DNA of 64,000 bases, taken from positions 107,540,459 to 107,604,458 of the forward strand of contig NC_068985.1 of NCBI RefSeq assembly GCF_001194135.2, read 5' to 3'. Under the pieces are notes generated by a model that saw nothing but the letters and a program-made list of their open reading frames with translations, made no database searches and was not told the origin of the DNA. The DNA comes from Octopus bimaculoides. Taxonomy: Eukaryota. A program made the translations under genes and the position numbers. Below are positions 1-11,449 of the stretch, piece after piece. Within the stretch, counting starts at the first letter, position 1; every line of letters starts with the position of its first letter.

Positions 1-250
1 GCAGTAATTAAAGATTTCACCTTTTAAGTTCAAGAAGTCACCTGGACCATGAAAGGTTTTTAGAATTATTCTCCTCTCAGCTAAGCAAAGTCTACACTAA
101 CTGCTTCTGTTCAGGTATGTCTCAGGTTCCTGCAGCTTTCAGTTAGTTTTTTATTGTGTTCCTTCGTCTTTTATTCACCATATTTATAGGCGGCTAATGC
201 TCCACCTCTCTTGGACTCATGACAAACGAGAAACTCCTGCCTAGTGAGTC
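1..250 (-). mobile_element. degenerate Penelope-like element, GIY-YIG C-terminal fragment
   Basis: Minus-strand frames give CHESKRGGALAAY / IW*IKDEGTQ / KLQEPETYLNRSS*CRLCLAERRIIL...LNLKGEIFNYC, resembling the C-x2-C...LNKRxE end of Penelope endonucleases. Stops and frameshifts are present. Confidence 0.6.
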
Positions 251-433
251 TGTAGTCTTGAGACAGACTTTTTTTGCATACATAGGTGTGTGTGTGTGTG
301 TGTATGCATGTGTGTGTGTGGGTGCAAATAAAAAAAATATATGTATAACATATACATATATGGTATCATCATCATCATCATAGCCATCTTCCTCCTCATC
401 ATCATTATCATTGTCATCGTCATCATCATTGTC

Positions 434-473
<40 letters not shown>

Positions 474-1001
474 TTTACAGTTTAAATGAAGAACACTTGA
501 ATACAAAAAAACCAAGTCACACAGTGAAAGAAACAAATAATATCTTCTATAACATTTATTGATCATTTTCCTCACAGACAGACATTCGTATTAAAATATA
601 TGGCTACACGTCACAACTCATAAATAATAATACTCACACATAACTTTCTTTACATTTTCAGTGATGGAGCTGTGTAGTCATATAACCATTATGAATGTTT
701 AACAGCTTGGAACATAATTGCATCTGGAGAAGCTATAGAATATATGATGCAGCTTGATTTTATATCTAAATAGCTTTTCATTTTTTCGTTAGACTTTTAT
801 GATATTGTATTATTGCATTAAGTTAAATTTGTTCACTTTTATTGAGTTTTCTGAACACTTTGCTTGAAAAAAAATATTCTAGGTATAACTGCAAAGTACT
901 TATTTCAATAGCTGCTATAAACGCGCGCACGCGCGCGAGGTGTGCGTGTGAGGTGTTTGCATGTGTGTGTGTGTGTGTGTGTGTGTATCTATCTATCTAT
1001 C

Positions 1002-1032
<31 letters not shown>

Positions 1033-1106
1033 ATGTCAAATCATCCAACCCATGCCAGCAGGAGAGTGGACGTTAAATGATGATGATATATATATATGTG
1101 TGTGTC

Positions 1107-1149
<43 letters not shown>

Positions 1150-1911
1150 CCTGGTGCAATGCCTCAGATTACTAGTTTTCAGTCAAACCATCCAACCCAT
1201 GCCAGCATGGAAAGTGAACGTTAAATGATGATGATGATGATATGTATGTGTGTGTGTGTGTGTGTGTGTGTGACTGAACAAACAATAGAAAGTGGTACTC
1301 AACACATTTGGTAAGAGTTACATTTGTTGTTTTATAACAATCAAACTGTTATTAAAACATATATATATATATATATGTGCGTGTTAGTATCACGCACATC
1401 ACCATTGTTAGTATCGTTTTTGTGTCGACATATCAATGTTTGCATGAATCAGATGGAATTCATTGAAGCAGACTTTCTTTGTCTGGATGCCTTTCTAATT
1501 GTTAATCCTCAAATAATTCCAGGCAAGCTAATATTTCCAAATGGCCAGACATGTTTCCATAGAAGATTGAAAATGAATGACACTATTTATATGACAATGA
1601 TGCTTGTTTACAACAATCACATGATGACATAAACAAGACACACACACACACACATGCATACAGACATACATATGTACATACATACATGTATGCATTCACA
1701 CACAACATGTTTCTTTTGGCTTCTGTCTGCTAGACCCAGTCACAAGGGTTTAGTTAATCCAGAACTATAGTAGAAGACACTTGTCCAAGAACACCACCTC
1801 ATTGTGATTAGACCAACTATTATCTAAATTACTAATTCTAGTCTCTAGCAATAGGAAGCAGACCAGAATTTGGCATTTAAATAATGATTGTTCTCATCAC
1901 TGTTGGTGTTT

Positions 1912-2280
1912 CCATCCATCCATCCATTTTCTCTACCTATTATTTCTAGGAAGGTTGGGGCTAGAGTTCTCAGGCACCTCTTTCATAGGGTCCTATGAAA
2001 AGCAACTGTCATCAGACTTTCCAATTGGATTCCCAAGTGTGACCAACTGAAATTAATGATATTGTTTGATCATCTTGCTCTTGTCTACCCCCCAGGTAGA
2101 CAAGACATGCCAGTTGGCAAGACATGCCAGTTGGCATGTCTTGCAGAATCCTCTTACAGTTCTTTCCTGTGACATTCTAATCCCATGTCTATAGTGCTGG
2201 AGCTGTGACCTTTCGATGCGGAGAAGCAGCAGTTCAATCTGGAGAGACTATTTGATTGCTGAACTATGCACCCTGTTGAA
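1912..2280 (-). mobile_element. old RTE (Expander/Rex3-like) LINE 3' fragment
   Basis: Degenerate C-terminal peptide (..SWSHLGIQLESLMTVA..CLRTLAP) followed by a (GGAT)n tail on the minus strand. Confidence 0.4.
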
Positions 2281-2427
2281 TAATGGTGTAATATCATTTA
2301 ATTAGATATTTTTATTTTACTAAATCATGAACCAAAGTACCCACTTTACAATTAATTTTTCATGCAGAAACATCCAGCACACTCTGTAAAGTGGCTGGCA
2401 TTAGGAAGGGCATCCAACCACACCCAC

Positions 2428-2672
2428 GGGCATATAGGTAATGGTTAAAAGTGCAGGCTACTAACCCCAAAATTCCAACTTTGATTCCAGGTAGTGACCT
2501 GAATAATAATAATAGTAATAATAACATTGAAAAACACCTTAGGAATGAGAACCCAAGTTCAAAATTTCCCCAAGACACCTGATGAAGGCTGGAGGGTATA
2601 TCAGCCAAAACATTGTGTAAACAACAAACAAGATGAGGACAAATATCCGTCAATTGTAAATAATGTAAATAG
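2428..2672 (+). mobile_element. tRNA-headed SINE-like element with a Penelope-type minimal hammerhead motif
   Basis: Degenerate tRNA-like head at 2428-2492, (AAT)n spacer, then ACAC-CTGATGA-A-GGCTG-loop-CAGCC-(A)AAAC(A)TT-GTGT at 2575-2618. Confidence 0.6.
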
Positions 2673-2914
2673 TATTATTAAGCAGTCTTGTATATTGTAC
2701 ACCTATTAAACTCTCTCAATATCATAAAGTGCTCTATTGCTTGCATTTGTCATTATTCAGTAACACACACACACACACATTGAGCAAATACATAAACTGT
2801 TATTGACTTTAAAAACTCTTTTTGTTGCTTTCTCATTTTCAATCTTACATACTTTTAGTGGTTTACTGCAAGCTCCATTAGTTAAAAATTTATTGAAATG
2901 ATCAGAGCAGGCTT

Positions 2915-3115
2915 CAACCTTCTTTCCTTTAAATCAGGTGCCAACTGCTGAGGTACATGCTTAACATGCACTTTCCAATGTCTAAAGTCTTCTACCATCA
3001 TCTGCAATGCATTGTAACCACAGTCTCATTGTGCATCGTTCCACATGAATCTATTTCTTCATTTGCTGATCATTCATGTCAGTGGTCACAGTTGATGATC
3101 TCCCACTGCATAGTT
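2915..3115 (-). mobile_element. mariner transposase remnant
   Basis: Frameshifted peptides GRSSTVTTD...IHVER.TMR and VEDFRHWKVHVKHVPQQLAPDLKER correspond to the HTH2/WVPxxL linker region. Confidence 0.55.
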
Positions 3116-3707
3116 TGGTATTGATTAATAATAGAAGAAAAGCTATGCCCATCTTTGCTTAACTTTTGAGCCAACTTTTCTACTTCTATAATTTACAATG
3201 ACATTTATTACAATGTAAGACATTTTGCTTTCACTTCCCTATATCACTATTTCCTATCATTTGTTACCATTAGCTGTCCGGCAATTATTAGCATTATATA
3301 GTGGGAGCCATATCTATTAACATTTGAGTAAAAAAATGGCATAACTTGAGTGTGTGCTGCCTAGAGTAGGCCTTAAGTCTCCCACTCTTCCACTGTCCCC
3401 TATACAGACTTATACAACAGACCAAAAAGTGCTGACCTCATAAAAGTGCTTCTTGGGGTAGACTGCTCTCATTGCTCTCTCCACCCCTGCCAGCTATGTT
3501 ACTGGAGACCAATATGATAATATAACTTACCTAAGAGCATTACATGATGCTTATAGTATGGTTTTAACCTCTGTCCAGATGCATCAGTGTCACGGACACT
3601 GCTGTCTAAATACAAAACAACTGAGTGGAGATAGTATTAATCTTCCACCTCTTAGGTCATGAGTTCAATATACTATATGAGCCATCGTATTTGAGTGTTA
3701 GGTTTAA

Positions 3708-3902
3708 CCCTTTTCTTACCATATATTTAATGAAATACATTGCTATGTTTCAATTAATTTTGAAAATAATGAAGAATTTAGTAAAATAACTGTCATTATT
3801 AATCTGGTGATAGGAACATGAATTAACACGGTTTTAATTTCGATAATTTAAATAATTTTCATAGAACCAAGGGCAATCTTGGGTGGGCTGGTACCAAAAG
3901 GG
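3708..3902. mobile_element. piggyBac-like MITE (family 1)
   Basis: TTAA|CCCTTTT...AAAAGGG|TTAA ends. Related copies lie at 23302-23466, 38781-38983, 39565-39718 and 62964-63186. Confidence 0.75.
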
Positions 3903-4679
3903 TTAATTTCACCCATCTCAGGTTACTTTGTTGCTGGGATTAGATGCCAATCATTGATACTTAATTGGAATAAATGTTCTCCACTACTTCCAATCTATGA
4001 AGTTGTTTGTGTGTGTGCATGCGTGTATGTGTGTGTGGTGGGCTGTGTGTTTATGAGCAGGCATACATTAGCAGCCATATTATGACTTTGTGTGATCATA
4101 TATGGACTCTTAGCCTGTTGGTAATAGTTAAATCTCTGTTTTCACACACAGCATTTTTTTTTTTTTTAATGGGCACATTGAATAATGTAGTCCAAGAATT
4201 ACAATGCCTGAAAAATAGATGAGGAGGTCATAGCTGAAATGCTTTTTAATTGTAGGCTTGCAGAACCAGGACTGAGCTGAGGCTGCACAACAACAACTTG
4301 ATAACACTTCAAAGTATTTCCTTTTCCCATCCCACACATCCTTCTACCTGTTTGTCTCTCTCTCTCTCTCTCTCTCTCTTCCATCCTGATATTCATTGTC
4401 AAAACAACACCACACAGCAGCTATTGTTCTCTTTATAGAAAGCTCATAAACAATTGTTATCTTTATCAAAACACAACTAACTAGGTTGTGGTCATTATTG
4501 TTATCATCATTGATGTTGTAGCCATCATCATCATCTCCATCAGCATTGTTGCCCCCTCTGCTGCAGCCACCACCGCCACCATCATTATCTCTAGCAGTAG
4601 CAACAGTCAATGTAATTGACTTGCCCCTCTCCTTGTGCTACTCTTCTTCTTCATCATCTTCTATTTCATTATCATTTAG

Positions 4680-4825
4680 GATTCAAATTTCACTGAGTTG
4701 ACTTTGCTTCTCAACCTCTCTGGGTCAAATAAAAAGAATACCAGTCAGATACTGGGTGCAATGTCATCAGCTAGTGCCCACTTCCAAATTTCAGGCTTCT
4801 TGTCGATGGTAGAAAGAATTATCGC

Positions 4826-4874
<49 letters not shown>

Positions 4875-5610
4875 GTTGTTGTTGTTGTTGTTGTAAAGTG
4901 GCAAGCTGGCTGAAACGTTAGCATGCCGGGTGAAATGCTTAGCAGTATTTTGTCTGTCTTTACGTTCTGAGTTCAAATTCCACCAAAGTTGACTTTGCCT
5001 TTCTTCCTTTCAGGGTCAATAAATTAAGTACCAGTTGTGTACTGGAGTTGATCTAATCGACTGCCTCCCCTCCCCCAAAATTTCGGGCCTTGTGCCTAGA
5101 GTAGAAAAGATTATTATTATTATTGTTCTAAGACAGCAAGCTGGCAGAAACGTTAGCACGCCAGGCGAAATGCTTAGCGGTATTTCGTCTGCCATTACAT
5201 TCTGAGTTCAAATTCCGCTGAGGTCGACTTTGCCTTTCATCCTTTTGGGGTCGATTAAATAACTACCAATTATGCACTGGGGTTGATATAATCGACTTAA
5301 TCCTTTTGTCTGTCCTTGTTTGTCCCCTCTATGTTTGGCCCCTTGTGGGCCATATAGAAATAAGAAATATTAGCACACTGGATAAAATGCTTAGTGCTAT
5401 TTTGCCCGTTGTCACGTTCTGAGTTCAAATTCCGCTGAAGTTGACTTTGCCTTTCATTCTTTTGGGTCGTTAAAATAAGTACCAGTTGAACACTGGGGTT
5501 GATATAACTGACTCATCCTCACCTCTGCCAAGCTGCCCTTGTGGCAAAAAACTTGAAATAATTATCATTATTATTATTTTAAGGCAGTGACCTGACAGAA
5601 ACATTTCATG
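4680..5610 (+). mobile_element. head-to-tail array of 4-5 tRNA-derived Nin-domain-type SINEs
   Basis: Repeated unit GCAAGCTGGC.GAAACGTTAGCA...GAGTTCAAATTCC..CTTTGCCTTTCATCCTTT.GGGGTCGAT.AAAT.AGTACCA at about 4680, 4895, 5128 and 5365, plus a head stub at 5581. Units are mostly separated by (ATT)n. Dispersed copies lie at about 31880(-), 32085, 34540 and 35355. Confidence 0.8.
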
Positions 5611-5677
5611 TGAAACAACCTAATATTATTGATATTATTATCATTATTCCTGTTATTATTATATTTATTAATTATTA

Positions 5678-5969
5678 TTTTGGTTCCACTCAAGTTCGGT
5701 CTTATTCCTGCTAGGAATTATGTGGGTAGCAGGTTACCTGTAACCTTAGGTATCCGCAAGTTTTCAGCAGTCTTTCAAGTGCTTAGAACCCTCCCAATAA
5801 TCCTTGCTGTCCCTAAGAGACAAACTTTCTACAGGAGCTCCACCAGGTATTCTATTCCAATTTCCTTCAACCATTTGTCTACATCTTTGCTGACTGTTCT
5901 CAATGCACCAATTATTATAGGCATGCCCTTTACTGTTCACATGCTCCATGTTCTTCCTATTTCAAATTT
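5678..5969 (-). mobile_element. 5'-truncated R4/Dong-like (RLE) non-LTR retrotransposon
   Basis: Minus frame reads KFEIGRTWSM*TVKGMPIIIGALRTVSKDVDKWLKEIGIEYLVELL*KVCLLGTARIIGRVLST*, the typical RLE C-terminus (PIVIGALG...LLGTARILR). The 3' end abuts a degenerate (TAA)n tract. Confidence 0.75.
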
Positions 5970-6239
5970 TAAGGGATTGTATTTTTTTTTTGTTTTACTT
6001 TCTCTTTCATTATGATTCTGGAATCAAACAGGCATGATGGGGTCAATAAGTAAGCAAATTTGTTTTTCCTTATCTATAATCATTATGTCTAGTCTAGTAT
6101 TTTCTAATTGCTTGTCTGTTTGAATAGCAAAGTTGCACAACGTCTTACATTTCTGTGTCCATTTAAATAGGAAAGTCTCACAAAATCCTATGTTGCACCA
6201 GCAAGATCACGGCCTTACATTGACTAAAAGGGGAAGTAA

Positions 6240-7255
6240 AGCGAAACCCACCATCTATTATATGTGATACAGATTTTGCTGATGGCATAGCTTCTTTATC
6301 AAATACTATTGATGAAATTCAAGAACTTTTTCTCTGCCAAGAAAATTGTTCTACACATAAGTGTTGCCAAGACAGAGTACTTGTCACTCAACCAAGAAGA
6401 TGGAAATCTTATCACACTGGATGGTGGAATACTAAACTGAGTTGATGACTTTTCTATATTTGGGCAACTGGATGATGATGATGATCATCATCATTGTCGT
6501 TTAACATCCGCTTTCCATGCTAGCATGGGTTGGATGATTTGACTGAGGAATGGTGGACCAGGAGGTGACACCAGGCTCCAATCTGATTTGGCAGAGTTTC
6601 TACAGCTGGATGCCCTTCCTAATGCCAACCACTCCGAGAGTGTAGTGGGTGCTTTTACGTGCCACAGGCACGAGGGCCAGTCAGGTGGGTACTGGCAACG
6701 GCCATGCTCGAAATGGTGTAGTTTACGTGCCACCTGCACAGGAGCCAGTCAAGGGACGGCACTGGCAATGATCTCGCTCGAATGTCTTTACACGTGCCAC
6801 TGGCACAAGTGCCAGTTAGGCGACGTTGGTAAGGTAGGCGACATAAGTTCATCAAAAAAAGACATTGACATTAGAATTACTGAAGCCTGGGCTGCAATGA
6901 ACAAAACAGAAAAGATATGGAAGTCAGATTTATGCAGAAAAATCAAAATATTCTTCAGCACATCCATCCATTGAGTCAGTGTTGTTGTATGGATCAGGTA
7001 CATGGCCCCTGACACAAACACACGAGAAGAAACTAGATGTTGCATACACTAAAATGCTTAGGGTTGTAGAAAACATAAACTGGTGTCAATGTATTACAAA
7101 CGAAATTTTATATGGAAACTTGCTCAAGATAACAACTATAATTGTTTAAAGGTAATTATGATTTGCAGGACATTGCTGGAGAAGTAAGCAGGAAGTTATA
7201 CACAGGACACTATTGTGGGAACTGATTCACAAGAAACGCAGTAGAAGAAGACCTA
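6240..7255 (+). mobile_element. degenerate RTE-clade LINE RT fragment, interrupted by a younger insertion at 6484-6838
   Basis: DFADGIA..., VAKTEY, VDDFLYLG, IRITEAWAAMNK..IWKS, ESVLLYGS.TW, FAGHCWR, RSRRRP; multiple stops and frameshifts. Confidence 0.8.
6484..6838 (-). mobile_element. 3'-end copy of the PHD-RTE family
   Basis: Matches the 3' UTR of the 47137-48853 element (AACCCATGCTAGCATGGAAAGCGGA.GTTAAA-(TGA)n tail). Confidence 0.85.
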
Positions 7256-7405
7256 TTGGGTTCAATGTAATCGACTTGCCAGCCTTGTACATATATATAT
7301 TTATATGTATGTATTCTATATACATATACATGCTTTGATAAGTGCTAATGTACGAAACTCCGCCTTTGACGTGCTCTGCTGATTATTTATAAAAAAATAT
7401 GCATA

Positions 7406-7570
7406 GACGTAGGAGTGGCTGTGTGGTAAGTAGCTTGCTTACCAACCACATGGTTCCGGGTTCAGTCCCACTGCGTGGCACCTTGGGCAAGTGTCTTCTA
7501 TTATAGCCTCGGGCCGACCAAAGCCTTGTGAGTGGATTTGGTAGACGGAAACTGAAAGAAGCTCGTCGTA

Positions 7571-7640
<70 letters not shown>

Positions 7641-7845
7641 TGTTCTGTATTTGTCTCCCCAACATCGTTTGACAACCGATGGTGGTGTGTTTACGTCGCC
7701 GTCACTTAGCGGTTCGGCAAAAGAGACCGATAGAATAAGTACTAGGCTTACATAGAATAAGTCCTGGGGTCGATTTGCTCGACTAAAGGCGGTGCTCCAG
7801 CATGGCCACAGTCAAATGACTGAAACAAGTAAAAGAGTAAAGAGT
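7406..7845 (+). mobile_element. tRNA-derived SINE family A (internal microsatellite)
   Basis: A box TGGCTGTGTGG, B box GGTTCAGTCC, central (TA)n(TG)n tract, tail GACTGAAACAAGTAAAAGAG. Confidence 0.9.
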
Positions 7846-8484
7846 ATACTCATCTTTTGAGTTCTATTTTTTTGCATCACCAAACCCTATGCATTATATA
7901 TTTGTGTGTAGCTATATGGTAATCTATGACCCTGTATACGATGTGAATGCTTTTTTTTTTTTCATGTTAATTTGGAAATAACCATCTGAGTAAGCCGTGA
8001 CAGAAAAATGAACAAAAGCGATATCGAAGGAGGTGAAGCTATATTTAATCGTCCGTTAGAAACGTGACATAAAAATCTAGTATCTCTTACAGGCCAGAGT
8101 TTTGTTCCTCTTCCATTCAACATCATATTTAAAAAATGTCGCGCATCAATCCGCTAGAGACGACAAAATAGGATTGATTGTCATATTTAAGTGCATTTTC
8201 ATGGAAAATATATTGTAGAGTTATCTCCCTTAGATCGTCTACCATGTATGCACAATCTTTTTCCAGAACAGGACACGCCTCATAGTTAAGCGGGTTGCAC
8301 AGCGAAAAAATGTAATGTTATGTTAAGCATGACATTCAGAAAGTCCCGTGGGCCGCAGTTTGTTCATGATTGTGAAATATCACGCATAATTTAACCGAAA
8401 GAAGTCTTGAGTCCTAACTAATAGGCGTAATGCTTTAGGTGCACATATGTGTGTGATATTTTGCCTAACTATACAAAACAAGAG

Positions 8485-8800
8485 ATATACGGGTTCAGTC
8501 CCATTGCGCGGCACCCTGGGTAAGTGTCTTCTACCAAGATCCGGGCTTAGAAATGCCGTGTGAGTGAATTTAGTTGAGTAACAACGGTGCGGAAGCCGGT
8601 CGTGTATAGGTGTGTGTGTGTGTGTGTGTGTGTTTCTCGCTCGCTCTTGTCGCTTAACCATCACTGTTTATGTCCCCGTAACATAGCGGTTGGCAATATA
8701 GACAAATAGAATATATAGCAGACTTTAAAAAAAATAAGTACTGGGGTCCATCTGTTCGACTAAGACTAAGCCTCCCAAGCCGGTGACTCGGGGCACCGCC
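8485..8800 (+). mobile_element. diverged SINE family A
   Basis: GGGTTCAGTCCCATTGCGCGGCACC..GGGTAAGTGTCTTCT...TCCCCGTAAC..AGCGG matches family A. Confidence 0.7.
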
Positions 8801-8849
8801 TTCAGGGATTTGATCGAACACACACACACATCCGAAAAAGCCCACTCTA

Positions 8850-9155
8850 AAGCATTAAGCGCAGAAATATATTTTCCAGCCAGTTAAACGTGTAGTGGCG
8901 CGAAATTATAGCCGCCATTGAGTAAGTACTATTCTGCGCATGCGCAGGGGACTTCACCACCGGAATCCTCTCGAGTTGTACATGCGTAGTAAAACTCGTA
9001 CTTAAGCAGTTAGTATCAATTTCTCGGTGAGTTGAGCTCAGACCTTCTACATGACAACACCTCGCTCCTCCACGAAGCACTTTTACACTGTTCTCTGGCA
9101 GGCATCAAGGAAGACCTTAACCTTCCATTACCAAACCACAACCCAATCAGCGGCT
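8850..9155. promoter_or_regulatory. CpG-rich housekeeping-type promoter candidate
   Basis: Visible CpG enrichment over about 8.0-9.1 kb against a CpG-poor background. Palindrome CTGCGCATGCGCAG at 8934-8947 (NRF1 consensus), GCCGCCATT at 8911-8919 (YY1-like), CCAATCA at about 9144. Confidence 0.6.
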
Positions 9156-9933
9156 GCTAAGCTGTATGACAGGAATTGTATAACCAAGTATCATCATAAA
9201 TAAACCTTTTTATTATGTTGTTAATTGTTCTGATGTCTCTTCATTCAAAATGCTGTAAAAGGCGATAGAGAGAGACTAAANNNNNNNNNNNNNNNNNNNN
9301 NNNNNNNNNNNNNNNNNNNNNNNNNNNNNNNNNNNNNNNNNNNNNNNNNNNNNNNNNNNNNNNNNNNNNNNNNNNNNNNNNNNNNNNNNNNNNNNNNNNN
9401 NNNNNNNNNNNNNNNNNNNNNNNNNNNNNNNNNNNNNNNNNNNNNNNNNNNNNNNNNNNNNNNNNNNNNNNNNNNNNNNNNNNNNNNNNNNNNNNNNNNN
9501 NNNNNNNNNNNNNNNNNNNNNNNNNNNNNNNNNNNNACACGCATTTAATTTCTCTGTCCTGTCCTGATTATATCTCACTTGAAAAAAAGAAAAAAAAAGA
9601 AAATACATACGAGAAGGTCGGTAATTTTTTTTTTTTTTCCTGCAAGCAGTACAAATAACTCACACTCACACAAACAGGAGAAAAAAACAAAAACAAACAC
9701 CATTGTTTTTTTGTTTTACGAAAATTTTTTTTCTCTCTCTTTCTCCTATGCACACATGATTCCACTATCTTTTCCAAGATTGATCTGGTTCGCGCTTATC
9801 ACCAGATTCCAGTTAATATAGAGGACATTCTCAAAACTGACATCACTACTCCTAATATCCATCCATCCATCTATCTATCTATCTATCTAGGTTTGCAAGA
9901 TTCTTTATGTGAATTCATGTGTTGAAGCATATT

Positions 9934-10172
9934 TTATTGTGTTTGAGGACAGTCACTCTATTTTAGTGCCTTAGTATTTATTTAACACACTCACCGGTTC
10001 GATTTCTACTCATTTACTTATTTATTTTTCTAAACTTTTCGTTGCGTCTTACAACCTTTTCAATTGAAAATTTTTAGAAAAAAAACAAATAAATGAATGA
10101 GTGAAAATCGAACCGGTGAGTGTGTTAAATACCAAAGCACTAAAAGAGAATAACTGTCTCCAGACACAATAA
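9934..10172. repeat. palindromic element, about 100-bp arms and a 37-nt loop
   Basis: TTAACACACTCACCGGTTCGATTT versus AAATCGAACCGGTGAGTGTGTTAA, with pairing extending outward to TTATTGTG/CACAATAA. Confidence 0.85.
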
Positions 10173-10937
10173 TCTATTTGTGATACATTAAAAGTCAGCT
10201 TCAATCTTGCTTGCTTGTAATGTTAATCAGCGAAACTGGCACATAATGGGAAGATGCGATGAATTAAGTTTACCCTCAAATGTTAAGATGAATCGAATGA
10301 AACAAGTTTCGCGTAAATCAGTAAAGTAGTTTTCAAGATATTAGAGATTTTCAGGGTATAAATACCCAAAACAGTGAGTAATGGGAAAATGTTCCGAAAA
10401 TAGTCTTCATTCTGAAAGGGAAGAAACTCTTATCTTTCTATTAGTGAGTTGACAACGAAAAAAAGTCTTTTTTTTTTACAAATTCTATTTACGCTTTTTT
10501 CCCTTTTTTTTTGTTACAAATTCTATTTACGCTTTTGCTAAACACAATATTTTAATCCTTTACAAATATTTTTAAGTGTATATGATTTCAAAAATGTAAG
10601 GTGTCTGTACAATATGTATATTTTAGCTTTCTTTAAACAATGTTTTAATGTTTTTCGAAGTTATTTTCAAGTGAATATCATTACAAATATTTTTTTGGCA
10701 TATTTGAAAAATATTCTGAAGTGAAAATGACTTTAAATATATGGTAGATATTTCGTAGACCCGTTCTATGAAATAGTTTTTATCGAGTGCATTCGACACA
10801 TCTCCTCTTCAAAGATTTGGCTGGTATTTCTAGCACGCCCTGCTACCATGTAACAGCTATTTGCAATAAAGGACCCAAAATACCTGTTATGTAGTGGCAA
10901 GGCGTGCAGGAAACAGCAACCAAATCTTTCCAACCCA

Positions 10938-11449
10938 AAACGGGGGCGCCAGTTTTCATTTATGTTTTATGTAGTGTTTTTGGTACGGAAAGACTTTCAA
11001 ACTTCGTATACTTATCTATTTTGTGTTATAGAACAGAAAAATATTTTTGTATTCGAATTTATTTCATGTAAAAAATTGTATATCGTATTAATCCACTAAC
11101 CCTAACCCTAACTCGAGAATCCGAACTCTAAAATTGTTACACACATAGATACGCACAGCGTAATTTATTATATAAACAATATATGAGTATAAATTACGAT
11201 TAAACCGGATGAAATATGTCACAGGGAATAACATTTTTATGACCGCCCAGCAGTAACTCTATTGAGCTGAATAGACGTCAGTGATTGGTTGAAATTACAG
11301 AAATACGACAACTTTAACATGGAATAACTTGCGAATTCCTTTTTTTTTGTTAAGAAGACTAAGAGTAAAAGATGTTTTATATGACACATTCTACCAGTGT
11401 CCCAAGTTTCGTTAAGAAAATACTGGCACCCCCGTTTTAAAATAGATCC
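10938..11449. mobile_element. Merlin-like MITE copy 1 (left TIR truncated)
   Basis: Arms match 12896-13435 in reverse orientation. Right end CCCCCGTTTTAAAATAGATCC; left end begins at AAACGGGGGC. Confidence 0.75.

Noticed and set aside
241-1632. ORF-track hits made of HTHT, IYIY, CVCV or MMM, and ORFs spanning N gaps across the window
   Set aside because: These are translation artefacts of (CA)n, (TA)n and (CAT)n microsatellites or of gaps.
5629-6015. 128-aa plus-strand ORF
   Set aside because: It is the antisense of the R4/Dong fragment plus (TTA)n sequence.
7409-7485. tRNA genes at SINE heads (also 57507 and others)
   Set aside because: A/B boxes are present, but I see no clear acceptor stem and each head continues into a SINE body.
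8160-8400. Box C/D snoRNA in the first candidate intron
   Set aside because: A CTGA is present, but there is no convincing RUGAUGA box, terminal stem or recognisable rRNA complement.
8847-8918. MAAIISRHYTFNWLENIFLRLML as a first coding exon overlapping the YY1 motif
   Set aside because: There is an in-frame TAG after 23 codons and no good donor before it; it is at most a uORF.
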